NCBI GenBank assembly: GCA_951406725.2
Contig: OX597814.1
Span: 18,662,001-18,726,000, forward strand
Direction of reading: 5' to 3'
DNA length: 64,000 nt
From: Octopus vulgaris
Taxonomy: Eukaryota
Position 1 is the first letter of the stretch. Each line of letters starts with the position of its first letter. This document shows, piece after piece, positions 44,938-56,642 of this stretch. Both the position numbers and the translations under genes were made by a program. The notes beneath the pieces were generated by a model that was given only the letters and a program-made list of their open reading frames with translations, had not been told where the DNA came from and ran no database searches.

Positions 44938-45598
44938 CAGAAGCAGCAGCAGTAGCAGCACCAAAAGCAGTTGTGGTTGTTTAAGCCCGAGACAGCCTCA
45001 AAATAAATGAGCCGTTATGGAACTGTTATATTCTTTGTATTATTATCCGATGTGTATTTTACAGGCTTCCCCCAAAACAAAAATAGCGAAATAAATATAT
45101 ATATATAAGATAGGAATAAATTAAGAGTAATTGAAAAGATTTCATTTCACATAAGTCATTATGTAAACATTGTTATTGAAAAATATTATATGAATAAGAT
45201 TTGTTGTGATTATATATAAGTAATTCTATTATTCCTTATGTAAATTATATTTTTCAAAAGCATCTATATATTTAGAGTTCTATTTTTATGTTGCTATTAA
45301 ATCTTTTCCACTAAAGAATGTATTTGCCTATCAGTTTTACTGTATGTGGAGATCAAAAATGAAATTTGGTAAAAAAAAAAAAAAATGAGAGACAAATATA
45401 CAATGGGATTGAATAAAAAATAAATATAAGGTTACGCAAATAATTATGAACAGAGATATAAAATTATGCATCTAAACGTAAACATATTCATGTCCGTGTG
45501 TGTGTGTGTTTTTGTGTGTGTGTATACATAACTACGAATATAGATATGTGTGTATATGTGTATGTGCATACGTATGTATGTGTGTATGTATGTGTGTT

Positions 45599-45638
<40 letters not shown>

Positions 45639-45751
45639 TACATATATATGTATATATATATGCTTGTGTATATGTTTGTATATTTATGAATGAATTTACG
45701 TATATATCTACCTGTGCATAAGTATATATATATATATATATACACACATAC

Positions 45752-45805
<54 letters not shown>

Positions 45806-46654
45806 ATACTCATGCACAGATAGATATATACGTAAAATTTATGCATAAATATACAAATATTATTACACACAAACACACGCACATGCACACACAAATAATG
45901 AGTTATATTTATAAGTGTATAAATTTCCCACTCGTTAACAATTTTTGATATTTTCAATGTATGTATATATGTATGTGTGTGTGTGTATGTGAGTATGTGT
46001 TTGTGTGCATGCGTGGTATTTTCCTGTTCCCTTTTAACAGTAATCTACATGCCAATATACCCGAATACATTTTTGTGCAGTTAATTTGTGTTTCCCCACT
46101 CAAGAATTCTGAAAGAAAGAAATTTTCCCTGATACTTATAGGAATCCAGGATATTCATTATATGATATATATATCAATTCATCTTGATGACATATAAAAT
46201 CATCTGTTAAGAGAGACGGTCGTCGAAATCCCTGAAGCAAAAACCATAGAGGCAAGCAATAATAATTCTCTTAAATATTTTTTAATCTCTATATCCTAAA
46301 CTCTGTCTATTACGGATACAATATATTTCATTTTCGGTCAACTTTGCCTTTCATCCTTTCATATGTATTTATATGTCACCCTCGCCCCGCGCACAAATCT
46401 CCAATCACAGAAATCTCCAATTCGAAGAAAAAAGAAACTGACTTTTTCTCTTCAAAATTTCCACTCCCAAAAAGGTCTCTATTCTCCAAATCTCATTTTT
46501 TTTTTTTTTTTTGTTACACACATTTCTCGAAAAATATCACATAAATTAAACACACACTCGTACGTGCACAAAAAACTATTCGTGCACATTCTACTGTATG
46601 TGTGTATATATGCATGTGTATTTATGTATATACATATATATATATGTATATATG

Positions 46655-46724
<70 letters not shown>

Positions 46725-46939
46725 CAACAATTGAGGGTAAAATTAATTAATTATTAATCAATTTCACCAAGTGTTCAGTATGCAAAGGGACCATTTAAGG
46801 CGAATTCAAATTATTACATTATATAAAAGGGCTTAGAGATTTTCTTTAAGTATTAGAAATAGCTTTAAAAAAGTTTTTTAGCTGCTATTTCTAATGAGTT
46901 CAGTATGCGGCGAAGTAATTTATTTTACTAAGCCCCTTT

Positions 46940-46977
<38 letters not shown>

Positions 46978-47005
46978 CAGTATGATTTTGCAGTATGAGC
47001 ATTTG

Positions 47006-47045
<40 letters not shown>

Positions 47046-47408
47046 AATGCTCATACTGCAACAAAATCATGAGTATATACAAGCGCACGTTGTTATAGCT
47101 TGATTAATACAGTTTTAACAAAAATAATCACACGCGTTGCAAAACAAACAAACAAGGACAGACACAAATCCTAACGGACACACATATCTTCAACATTGAT
47201 ACGCAAATATACAACAGATATACACACCTACACATGCGCTGCTACATATACACTCTCATGTTCGAATTGCGGTGCAAAAATGCGGTGCTAAAGGCGGTGC
47301 TATAGGCGGTGCTCCAGCATGGCCACAGTCAAAGGACTGAAATAAGTAAAAGAGTAAAAGAGTATATATATATATGTATATGTATATATATCTTTCTTTC
47401 TCTCTCTG

Positions 47409-47442
<34 letters not shown>

Positions 47443-47699
47443 CATACATATATATATACACACACATATTATCATGTATGTATGATGCATGTATGTATGA
47501 TGCATGTATGTATGTTTGAATGTGAGAGTTTGCATGTGTATGCATCATAACGTATACAAATGTTGTATGTTGTGGGTATAAATAATTGTCGTTAGTCAGA
47601 ATCTGGGTGAATTACAAGAAAATATTTAAACCTGCTCCACGTGCATGGCTGTTAGAATCCCTTCGGCTTGCTTCTTCTCTAATTTCCATATACCATTAT

Positions 47700-48450
47700 A
47701 AGCACCATAATTAATCTGACTACGTCTTAGGCCAGCGTTCTGAATTTATTTAAAGGAAGTGGTTCTATTATCATTGGTATGATGTAGTATTTTAGAGATA
47801 CGTTTCAAAGAGGTATTTTCACAGTGTTGCTTTTGAAACTTTCAGTAAAGCCCTTTCCGTTTTGTTCAAGAACCCTGAAAGAAATGTGACTGACCCACAG
47901 GAAAGCAGAGACACCGTCATAACACATTGCTTCTTTGTCAATGAACTGAAACAATACGGATTGCACGAAGAAAAACTTTGGACTAGTTACGACATTCCAA
48001 AAAGACTTAGGGATGGAGTTGGGCCGGGATAAATGTTCTAACATAGTTGTAACCCGAGGAAGAGCTGTAAACTCATCTAGTGTCATCATATCAATATCTT
48101 GTCTATTTCTCTGACATCTGATGAGGAATATTGCTGGGACTTAGGACTGAATGATGTAAACCATATGACGGAACCTGTAATCGTGGAATATAAATCCAGA
48201 GCAAAGAAAATGTAGTCGTCGGAACTTTTCGTATACAATAAATCGATAACTCACAATATATTTGCCGAACAGTACCATTTGTGTTACTGAGACGTTAGAT
48301 GAGATCCGGGCTATTGCAGTTAACACCCAATAATTATTAAGTTGTGGCCAGAATTTCTACCTTGTGTTGACAGCTTTTAATTAAAAAGAAGAAAAAAAAA
48401 GCAATGTGATTGAGCCTAGGTGATGTCTAACTTACTACACCACCTAGATA
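47700..48450 (+). pseudogene. Highly degenerate R4/Dong-type reverse transcriptase remnant
   Basis: Plus frames give ITHCFFVNELKQYG (degenerate F.DD motif, from 47919), KDLGMELGRDKCSNIVVTRGR (from 48001) and SSELFVYNKSITHNIFA, in the order expected for R4/Dong RT and thumb. Boundaries approximate. Confidence 0.65.
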
Positions 48451-48801
48451 AGACATTTAATGATGTTGCATGCTAGTCATTCTTTTGGCATTATGTCCTA
48501 GTTTTTTTTTGGGGGGGGGGGGTGGATGGGGGAGAGATATATCCGGTTGTAGGTGGTTTATCCAGAATTTGTTGAAGATATGCGTCCAGGACATCTTTGG
48601 ATGTTCAGAGATTTTTTTTTTATCCCTTACGCTTCTAGCATGATGTTAAAGAGAGTAGGATTAGCTGAAGTGAAATAGTTCTGTTCTAGTGTTGTGATGT
48701 GACGTGAACATGATTTTTGTAGAGGTCGTAGCACAGGGAGCAAGTCTTGCGGGAAAGGGAAAGTGAAAGTTGATGGCAACATACTGTTGCTAGTGCTTTT
48801 C

Positions 48802-48848
<47 letters not shown>

Positions 48849-48852
<4 letters not shown>

Positions 48853-49273
48853 CGCCATACTAATATGGCAGTCTAAATATAAGACTAAACCTGTCGCTGA
48901 TTAGCTCCAAGAGGCCACCACCTCTAGCTAGCTATATGACATACGAACCTGAGTCCATTACAACCTTCGAACAGGGGAAGTCAGCCGCTTCACCTTGCTA
49001 GTCAGACATCTGCAGACATGTTTCAGGGTTGTTACCCTTTATCAATGCAGCGTAGTCAGAACCAGCAGGTGTCGCTACTGATAAAGGGCAACAACCCTGA
49101 AACATGTCTGCATATGTCTGACTAGCAAGGTGAAGCGGCTGACCTCCCTGTTCGAAGGTTGCAATGGACGCAGGTTCGTGTGTCATATAGCTAGCTAGAG
49201 GCGGTGGCCTCTTGGAGCTAATCAGCGACAGCTTTAGTCTTATATTTAGACTGCCATATTAGTATGGCGATAA
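48849..49273. mobile_element. 425-bp palindromic (foldback) element containing two opposed hammerhead motifs
   Basis: Arms of about 200 bp (ttatcgccatactaatatggcagtc... / ...gactgccatattagtatggcgataa) with few mismatches and a ~20-nt spacer; adjacent to (TA)n. Confidence 0.9.
49010..49050 (-). ncRNA. Minimal type I hammerhead with U3-A8 covariant core
   Basis: Minus strand CTGCA-TTGATAA-AGGG(TAACAA)CCCT-GAAA-CATG-TC-TGCAG. Perfect 5-bp stem I, 4-bp stem II, palindromic ACATGT stem III, GUC triplet. Confidence 0.65.
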
Positions 49274-49360
49274 CTATTAATATCCAGTAACGCTGCCGTA
49301 ATCTCCTTTAGAGAGACTTAGTAATTTTAATATTTCTATTATATATATATATATATTATC

Positions 49361-49394
<34 letters not shown>

Positions 49395-49397
<3 letters not shown>

Positions 49398-49732
49398 GGT
49401 AAAGACCCCCTTCGGTCATGAATGACCATGGGATTGCACCTAGAAAGTTACCCTCCTAGACACAAGTCCGGGCAAGGTTGTTTATGGAAGACCAGCAGTC
49501 GCCCATGCATACCAGCCTCTCCTCTCCACGCCACCAGTGTTATCCAAGGGAAAGACAAAGGTCGATACAGCTTGGCACCAGTGACATCGCAACTCATTTC
49601 TACAGCTGAGTGAACTGGAGCAACATGAAATAAAGTGTCTTGCTCAAGAACACAACACGCAGCCCGGTCCGGGATTCGAGCTCACAACCTCACGATCGTA
49701 AGCTCGACGCTCTAACCAGTGTGCCATGCGCC

Positions 49733-49736
<4 letters not shown>
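49395..49736 (-). mobile_element. SINE family D (tRNA-like head, CORE-like box), full-length
   Basis: Minus strand gaaggcgcatggcacactggttagagcg...gagctcgaatcccgg...cttgagcaagacact...cccatggtcattcatgaccgaagggggtctttaccc; flanked by (TA)n. Confidence 0.8.
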
Positions 49737-49773
<37 letters not shown>

Positions 49774-50238
49774 CAGTTGATGGACAAGTGTCAGTCTACT
49801 AGAGCTGTTTCTAAAGAATTTAATTGATCAGTCGTTAATCACTCAAAAAATATGTTTGTGCTGCCGATTTTAAATTATTTTAAATGTCCTTGATTGTGAG
49901 ATTCGTATATTCATCTAAAGAAAACGACTTTTTTTAAATATATATATAATGAAATAATGTAGTCATTGATCAATTAAAAAATTCGTTAGAAATGTCTGTA
50001 ATCAATTAATTGTGTTTTTTTATTATTTATATTATTATTTATATTCTGTTTACCTATCTAGGAACATGCCCTTCGTATATCCTGAAATATAGTATAGATT
50101 TTATATATAATTAAAAAATGTACATGTCTGAATAGCTCAAGAGCAGATTATATACCTATTTAGGTCCAGTTAACGGCAATTATCATTCAACCGGTAGTCT
50201 TGTACCAAGTTTGGTATTCATCTATATTTGTGGTATGC

Positions 50239-50306
<68 letters not shown>

Positions 50307-50309
<3 letters not shown>

Positions 50310-50472
50310 CGCAGGAGTGGCTGTGTTGTAAGTAGCTTGTTTACCAACCACATGGTTCCGGGTTCAGTCCCACTGCGTGGCACCTTGGGCAAGTGTCTTC
50401 TACTATAGCCTCAGGCCGACCAAAGCCTTGTGAGTGGATTTGGTAGACGGAAACTGAAAGAAGCCCGTCGTA

Positions 50473-50522
<50 letters not shown>

Positions 50523-50758
50523 TGTGTGTGTTTGTGTGTCTGTGTTTGTGTGTCTGTGTTTGTCCCCCTAGCATTGCTTGACAACCGATGCTGGTGTGTT
50601 TATGTCCCCGTTACTTAGCGGTTCGGCAAAAAGAGACCGATAGAATAAGTACTGGGCTTACAAAAGAATAAGTCCCGGGGTCGAGTTGCTCGATTAAAGG
50701 CGGTGCTCCAGCATGGCCGCAGTCAAATGACTGAAACAAGTAAAAGAGAGTAAAGAGA

Positions 50759-50760
<2 letters not shown>
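50307..50760 (+). mobile_element. SINE family A, full-length
   Basis: Complete head, microsatellite and tail, inserted in (TA)n. Confidence 0.93.
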
Positions 50761-50795
<35 letters not shown>

Positions 50796-50888
50796 TAATC
50801 CAAACGGGAAAACAGGAAAAAACAACAACACGTGGAACAATTAAAGTATTATTATTATTAGGCGCTCAGGAAAAATGGAAGAAGGAGG

Positions 50889-50923
50889 GTATGACGTTTC
50901 GAGCGGAGCTCTTCGTCGGAAAC
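50889..50923 (-). ncRNA. Degenerate minimal hammerhead-like motif (U4C)
   Basis: Minus strand GTTT-CCGACGA-A-GAGC(TCC)GCTC-GAAA-CG-TC-ATAC; same architecture as 20219-20256 and followed by the same ttcctgagcgcc motif. Confidence 0.5.
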
Positions 50924-52177
50924 ATAAGAGAAGGAAGAAAGAAGAACGGTCATAAGACTACAGCCTTGCTGAGGTACATAATATAATAATAATGTCTGCA
51001 TGTATATTTAATTTAAAAGTTTAGATAAGAAAAGCAAATGGTCAAAACCAGGAATCGGGCGCGCCTTCAACATTAGAAACATTGGAATACAATCTGTAGT
51101 AGGTGCAAAAAATTTGAACGCAAGGGAGAAATTTGCATACCTGTTTAGACCGTTATTGAATTTTTTTTTCTTTTAAAACATCTTATATCTGTTGTACTGT
51201 CTTCATTTTACAGAACTTTTATAATATTAAAAACAAAGAGCGAAACGAACTGATAATGCTCTTCATTCTTAATTCGTTCCGGTAGATTTGTCTTTTCGAC
51301 TTTTGTTGTATTTCCTCTTTTCCTTTTTGATTTACCTCTTATCGCACGCTCACACGGATCTTCTACGTCCTTCCGACGATGATTGAGAGTATTTAATTAA
51401 TGGATTACCTTACACTTTGATTACGTTACACCTTTGAATTCCCTTGGAGTACGTCGACTTTGTGCCTTTGATTATGCTATTTACTGTTAGGTTTCGCCTT
51501 CGGTCGATCTGTATTGAAAATAACACTCGATGTTTTTGACGTAAGCGGTTTTGAGACACCGTTGTTTCCGCTTCGTTTAAAGTTCAAATCGTTATAAAGA
51601 TAAAAAATTAAAATTAAAAAGAAAAAGCATTTGAAACTCACGACCCTTCAGCTGCATAGAGGAAGAATCAAAACTTACCTGCTGGTTTTGAAATATTGGA
51701 AGCTAAACTTTATTGATGAAAGCCAAATTAATATAATATACAATATTCCAAGCTAAATTGTGCGTATATACTGGTATGATTATTAAAAGTTGTGGGCAGT
51801 TGTGATAACGTATACTAATTGAGCGTTCTTCATAATACAGAAACACTACAGACCTAAAAATAAACGAACATTAAATCGTTATGGGGAGCAGTTTCTTAAA
51901 ATGTAATGTTTATGTAACACAAGACTAAACTATGATTCATTTCTGTGCGTAGTTTACATGTCGAGTCATGCGATATGATTTACAAATCAGATAACATCAT
52001 TTGCCCACCCAGACTCAATATACATAGAAATCACTTATACGCGAAAATACGCTTACATACACACGCTATGCTGGCTCACAGAGGCATATATGCACGTACA
52101 CTCTTACGTTTGCGTAATGATAACTGTCAATCAATTAATACAGCTAGCTTACATTATGTACATAAATGCATATTTTA

Positions 52178-52228
<51 letters not shown>

Positions 52229-52447
52229 AGAACATACAGAAATAGACATATACGTGAAAATGGGCACAGGTAAAAGCACACATAAACTCATCCACGAATG
52301 ATGCAATGTGTGTGGAGTGGGATCGCCTTGAAGTAAGATGTTACATATGTTCCAAACCATACTCTTAAATGTTCAAGTAATGTTTGTTTATTTTATCTAT
52401 CTATATATCTATGCACACATTTACAACAGCACATACAGGCACCCCCT

Positions 52448-52504
<57 letters not shown>

Positions 52505-53486
52505 GTATTTATGTATAACTATAAATACACACACAAATGTACGTACATACATACACGTACACACATATATATATGTGTGTATGTGTATGTATATATATAT
52601 ATATATATATATATCAATCTATGTTATGTATTTATTGTTCCGCCTTTAAGTATTCACCTCACGAGATTAAGCATTATTAATGTTTGCATGGAAATAAATA
52701 AATACAAAAACAAAATGTCGCCTGTCTACATAGCTTCATAGTAGAAGCTAACTAGATTATCTCTACCAAAGGTTAAAGGTGGCGCCACTGGGTAACGATA
52801 CCGTGATCCTTAGAGATTAAAGTATACTAAACTATTTAAATGTATGTATATACACATATATACATACATATACATATATATATGAATAAACGCACACATA
52901 TATACATATATATACATACATACATACTGATATATATATGCGTGTGATCTTTGTAGAAATTTGGATTGTTGCAGTAGGAAGGAATATGTAAGTCTGGTTA
53001 AGCCGACCGAAGTTGAAGAGGCATAGTATTCGAAATATTACGGTGCCGACAGTCTGGCAGCGGTATAATTTAACTTTGTAAAGGGAACGGCGAAAGCTCT
53101 CTGGGGAACTCTCACTTATCCCAAACTGTAATAAGGAATTCTTTGATTTAATATCGTCCTTATTTAATATTAAGTAGGCTTTCAAGGAGAAAGTGAATTC
53201 ATACAAGCGGTGATAAGCCTCGCTCATTCTTTTACGGTTTCCCTCACTGATACAAATAACTACACACGTGCATACATACACACGGTCTTTCCTCAAGAAT
53301 CTCAACCTTTGATTTTTTTTTTTCACACATGCTCTTCAGTCGCCGGTATCTCGTTCTCTTTGTGGTTCTTAGCAAATTTTCTTTCTTTGGCTGAACCTAT
53401 ATTCGTATATCTAGTTCTATCAATGTAACTTATTCTCTCTCGCTTTCTCTATGGAGAAATTATACTTAGATATGGACATTCTAATT

Positions 53487-53561
<75 letters not shown>

Positions 53562-53762
53562 CACGCACATACGAAGATAGATCTAATAGGCTAAAAGAAA
53601 CTATCAAAGACACAATTCATATAAAATATTGGTGAGGGTGTATAATGTGTATTTATGTGAGTGTATATACGCACAATGTAATTAGATCCATACACACACA
53701 TACGCACGTATATGCAGACATAAATTGATATATATGTGTGTGTGTTTGTGTGTATTGCCTGA

Positions 53763-53793
<31 letters not shown>

Positions 53794-53949
53794 CCCACAT
53801 GTCTCGATGCTTTTTGTATATTATTTTCTTTTTTTAGAAAGGAAAAGAGCATTTACTACTCCTCATTACTAATCAGTTTTCTTTTCCACCTACAGCGTAG
53901 ATTTAGATTCTTATAGCCATTCATATCATACCATCATTTTATTTTTTTT

Positions 53950-54244
53950 ATTTTTATGCGCCCTTTTCAAACTTAGCCAGGCTCATGGGCCCGGTTTCCC
54001 GGTTCTGTGGCGTATGTGTTCCCCCCAGCTGGACGGGACGCCAGTCCATCGCAGCGTTACTCAAGAAACAGGGAGAGTGAGAGAAAGTTGTGGCGAAAGA
54101 GTACAACAGGGGTCGCCACCACCCCCTGGCGGAGCCTCAGGTGTTTTCGCTCAATAAACACACACAACGCCCGGTCTGCGAATCGAAACCGCGATCCTCC
54201 GACCACGAGTCCGCTGCTCTAACCACTGGGCCATCGCGCCTCCG
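53950..54244 (-). mobile_element. SINE with family B head and V-domain-like body
   Basis: Minus strand family B head, then gagtaacgctgcgatggactggcgtcccgtccag (V-SINE-like motif) and tail gggcccatgagcctggctaagtttgaaaagggcgcat. Confidence 0.75.
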
Positions 54245-54249
54245 AAATA

Positions 54250-54494
54250 AATGCGCCTTTTTTAAAGCCTAGCCAGGCTCATAGTCCCGGCTTCACGGTT
54301 TCTATGTGTTCTGCAGCTTGACGGGACGCAAGTCCATCGCAGCGTTACTCATTTTTGCCAGCTAAGTGGACTGGAGCAACGTGAAATGAAGTGTTTTGCA
54401 GAAGAACACAACGTGTCGCCCGGTCCAGAAATCGAAACCACAATCTTACGATCATGATGCTGACACCATAACCATTAAGCCACGCGCCTCCACG
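54250..54494 (-). mobile_element. SINE with family D-like head and the same V-domain-like body/tail
   Basis: Minus strand gtggaggcgcgtggcttaatggtt...ggtttcgatttctgg...gttgctccagtccact...gagtaacgctgcgatggacttgcgtcccgtc...atgagcctggctaggctttaaaaaaggcgcat. Confidence 0.75.
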
Positions 54495-54823
54495 TTCCAC
54501 CATTTACACAGATCTAATGTTGTTTTTCTCATTCACACAACATGGAAAGCATTAAAAATTTGAATAAATTAATTAATAGAAGAAACACTACTGGAGGTAA
54601 TGTAGAATTGTAATAAATAATTTTGATGATAAAATTTTACTGTAATCTAATTTGAGTTTTTTGTGAGGATTACTTTTAAACATTACGGAGATGTACTCGC
54701 ATAGCAAGTAATTTGATCTGAGATCGTGTGCTGAAACGAAAACAATTGCAGCGTAGAAGGTGTTTATAAGCCATTTAAGAAACACACAAAAGCCGTTCGA
54801 TTCACTTCAACATTTAAGTTTAA

Positions 54824-54873
54824 TTTGTCAAAATATTTTCGTCGCTAAAATCCGCGACCTGTTCACTGACAAA
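54824..54873 (-). ncRNA. Minimal type I hammerhead with swapped G3-C8 core
   Basis: Minus strand TTTGTCA-GTGAACA-G-GTCGC(GGATTTTA)GCGAC-GAAA-ATAT-TT-TGACAAA. 7-bp stem I, 5-bp stem II, palindromic AATATT stem III. A partial second copy of this repeat lies at about 3409-3481. Confidence 0.65.
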
Positions 54874-55998
54874 AATCCGTGCTGCATCTGGGAAAGTAAC
54901 AGTTAGTTCGTCATATATATGTACTGAAACAGCTTGATATTTAAGAGCGATTTGATAAGCTAGACACTTTGGTTAATGCACAAGTGTTTCTCTATGTTTT
55001 GCATCTAAGGCAGACAAATTTAAGACCTTCAAAGAACGCTTGAATTAGATTATTTTCGTTTATTCTAGGCACAAAACAAAAATGTGTGATATAACGACGT
55101 AGCCGGCCTTTCCACATCGAAGTTTAATATTCCAGTATAAACATTTGCTTTTTGTCTTACCTCACATTTTCCGTCTGTGAGTGTATGTACACCGTAAATA
55201 TCTTCTAAAATACTCTTTTCTCTCTCCTCCTTGCTTCACCTCCCACTCTCTCCCTATTTTTCACTCTGGCTGGGGATGAGCACACGATTTTTGATGAGGC
55301 GTCAAGTAAAGCTGAAACTCTACTGCTTAATCTCTTTCTCTAGCCATAGGTCTTACATTATGGTGTCTACCTTTCACAATGAAATGTTTGTTAAAAACAC
55401 GCACTCGTAAGTTTACATAACATATTCTTCTCTTCTTCTTCTCTCATTCTGGATATGTCTCTATGCATGTGCGAGTGCTCTTCAAAGCGAAGATCGTTTA
55501 ATCATCCATCCAAGCACCATGATCATCATATTTCACAGGGCCAACAAGGTATCTCATCTCACAAATCGAAGCGGAACCCTCTTTATGAAAATATTTACCT
55601 ATCATTTACAAGTATAGGCGCGGGCAAGGCTATACGGTTAAACTGCTCATGCGGTTTCTGGTTCAGTCGCACTGCATGGCACCTTAAGCAAGTGTCTTAT
55701 ACTTGCCGAAGTGAGTAAACGAAAACTGTGTGGAAGACCGTGGCGTGTGTACGCATGTGTGTATGTGAATGCGCGCGTGTGTGTGCATGCGCGCATACTC
55801 GTGTCATTGTGTTTGTCAAATATCCTCGTCACCGCATGACAAGTAAAAGAGTAAAAGAGTATATATATATATATATATATATACATACAGGAGAGTGTTC
55901 ATGCAATAGAAAATTAAGTACTTAAATTCTGTTACCGAGTACATGGTTTATATATTTCTAGATGCAAGTTTTACATCACTGAAGTTTTCCATACTTAC

Positions 55999-56046
55999 CT
56001 GAAGATAGTCGTCTTGAGAAAATTTGATTGCAATATAAATATTCCT
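55999..56046 (-). CDS. Candidate 48-nt internal exon of an unidentified host gene
   Basis: Minus strand ttcatttcAG|AGGAATAT...ATCTTCAG|GTAAGT. Canonical splice sites, length divisible by 3, open frames (e.g. EYLYCNQIFSRRLSS). No homology recognised. Confidence 0.3.
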
Positions 56047-56069
56047 CTGAAATGAATTTTCCCCCTCTA

Positions 56070-56154
<85 letters not shown>

Positions 56155-56262
56155 TCTCTCTTTCCCTTTAAAATTACTTTTTCGTGGTTTAACTCCCCAT
56201 TTTAGCATGTAAGAAGTCCTGTCATGGGTTCTTCTCGTGTATATATCTTTATACGCTTTTGA

Positions 56263-56642
56263 GTGGAGGCGCAATGGCCCAGTGATTAGGGCAGCGGACT
56301 CGCGGTCATAGGATCGCGGTTTCGATTCCCAGACTGGACATTGTGAGTGTTTATTAAGCGAAAACACCCAAAGCTCCACGAGGCTCTGGCAGGGGATGGT
56401 GGTGATCCCTGCTGTACTCTTTCACCACAACTTTCTCTCACTCTTACTTCCTGTTGTACCTGTATTTCAAAGGGCCGGCCTTGTCACTCTCTGTGTCACG
56501 CTGAATATCCCCGAGAACTACGTTAAGGGTAACGTGTCTGTGGAGTGCTCAGCCACTTACACGTTAATTTCACGAACAGGCTGTTCCGTTGATTCGGATC
56601 AACCGGAACCCTCGTCGTCGTAACCGACGGAGTGCTTCCTCC
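56263..56642 (+). mobile_element. SINE family B, full-length
   Basis: TSD tatacgctttt at 56250-56260 and 56643-56653. Confidence 0.92.

Noticed and set aside
47805-48326. Minus-strand ORFs as host exons
   Set aside because: The plus strand carries recognisable R4/Dong RT motifs, so these are antisense shadows.
55285-55335. TTGATGA-GGC...GCT-GAAAC hammerhead-like motif
   Set aside because: Stem III and cleavage site are not convincing.
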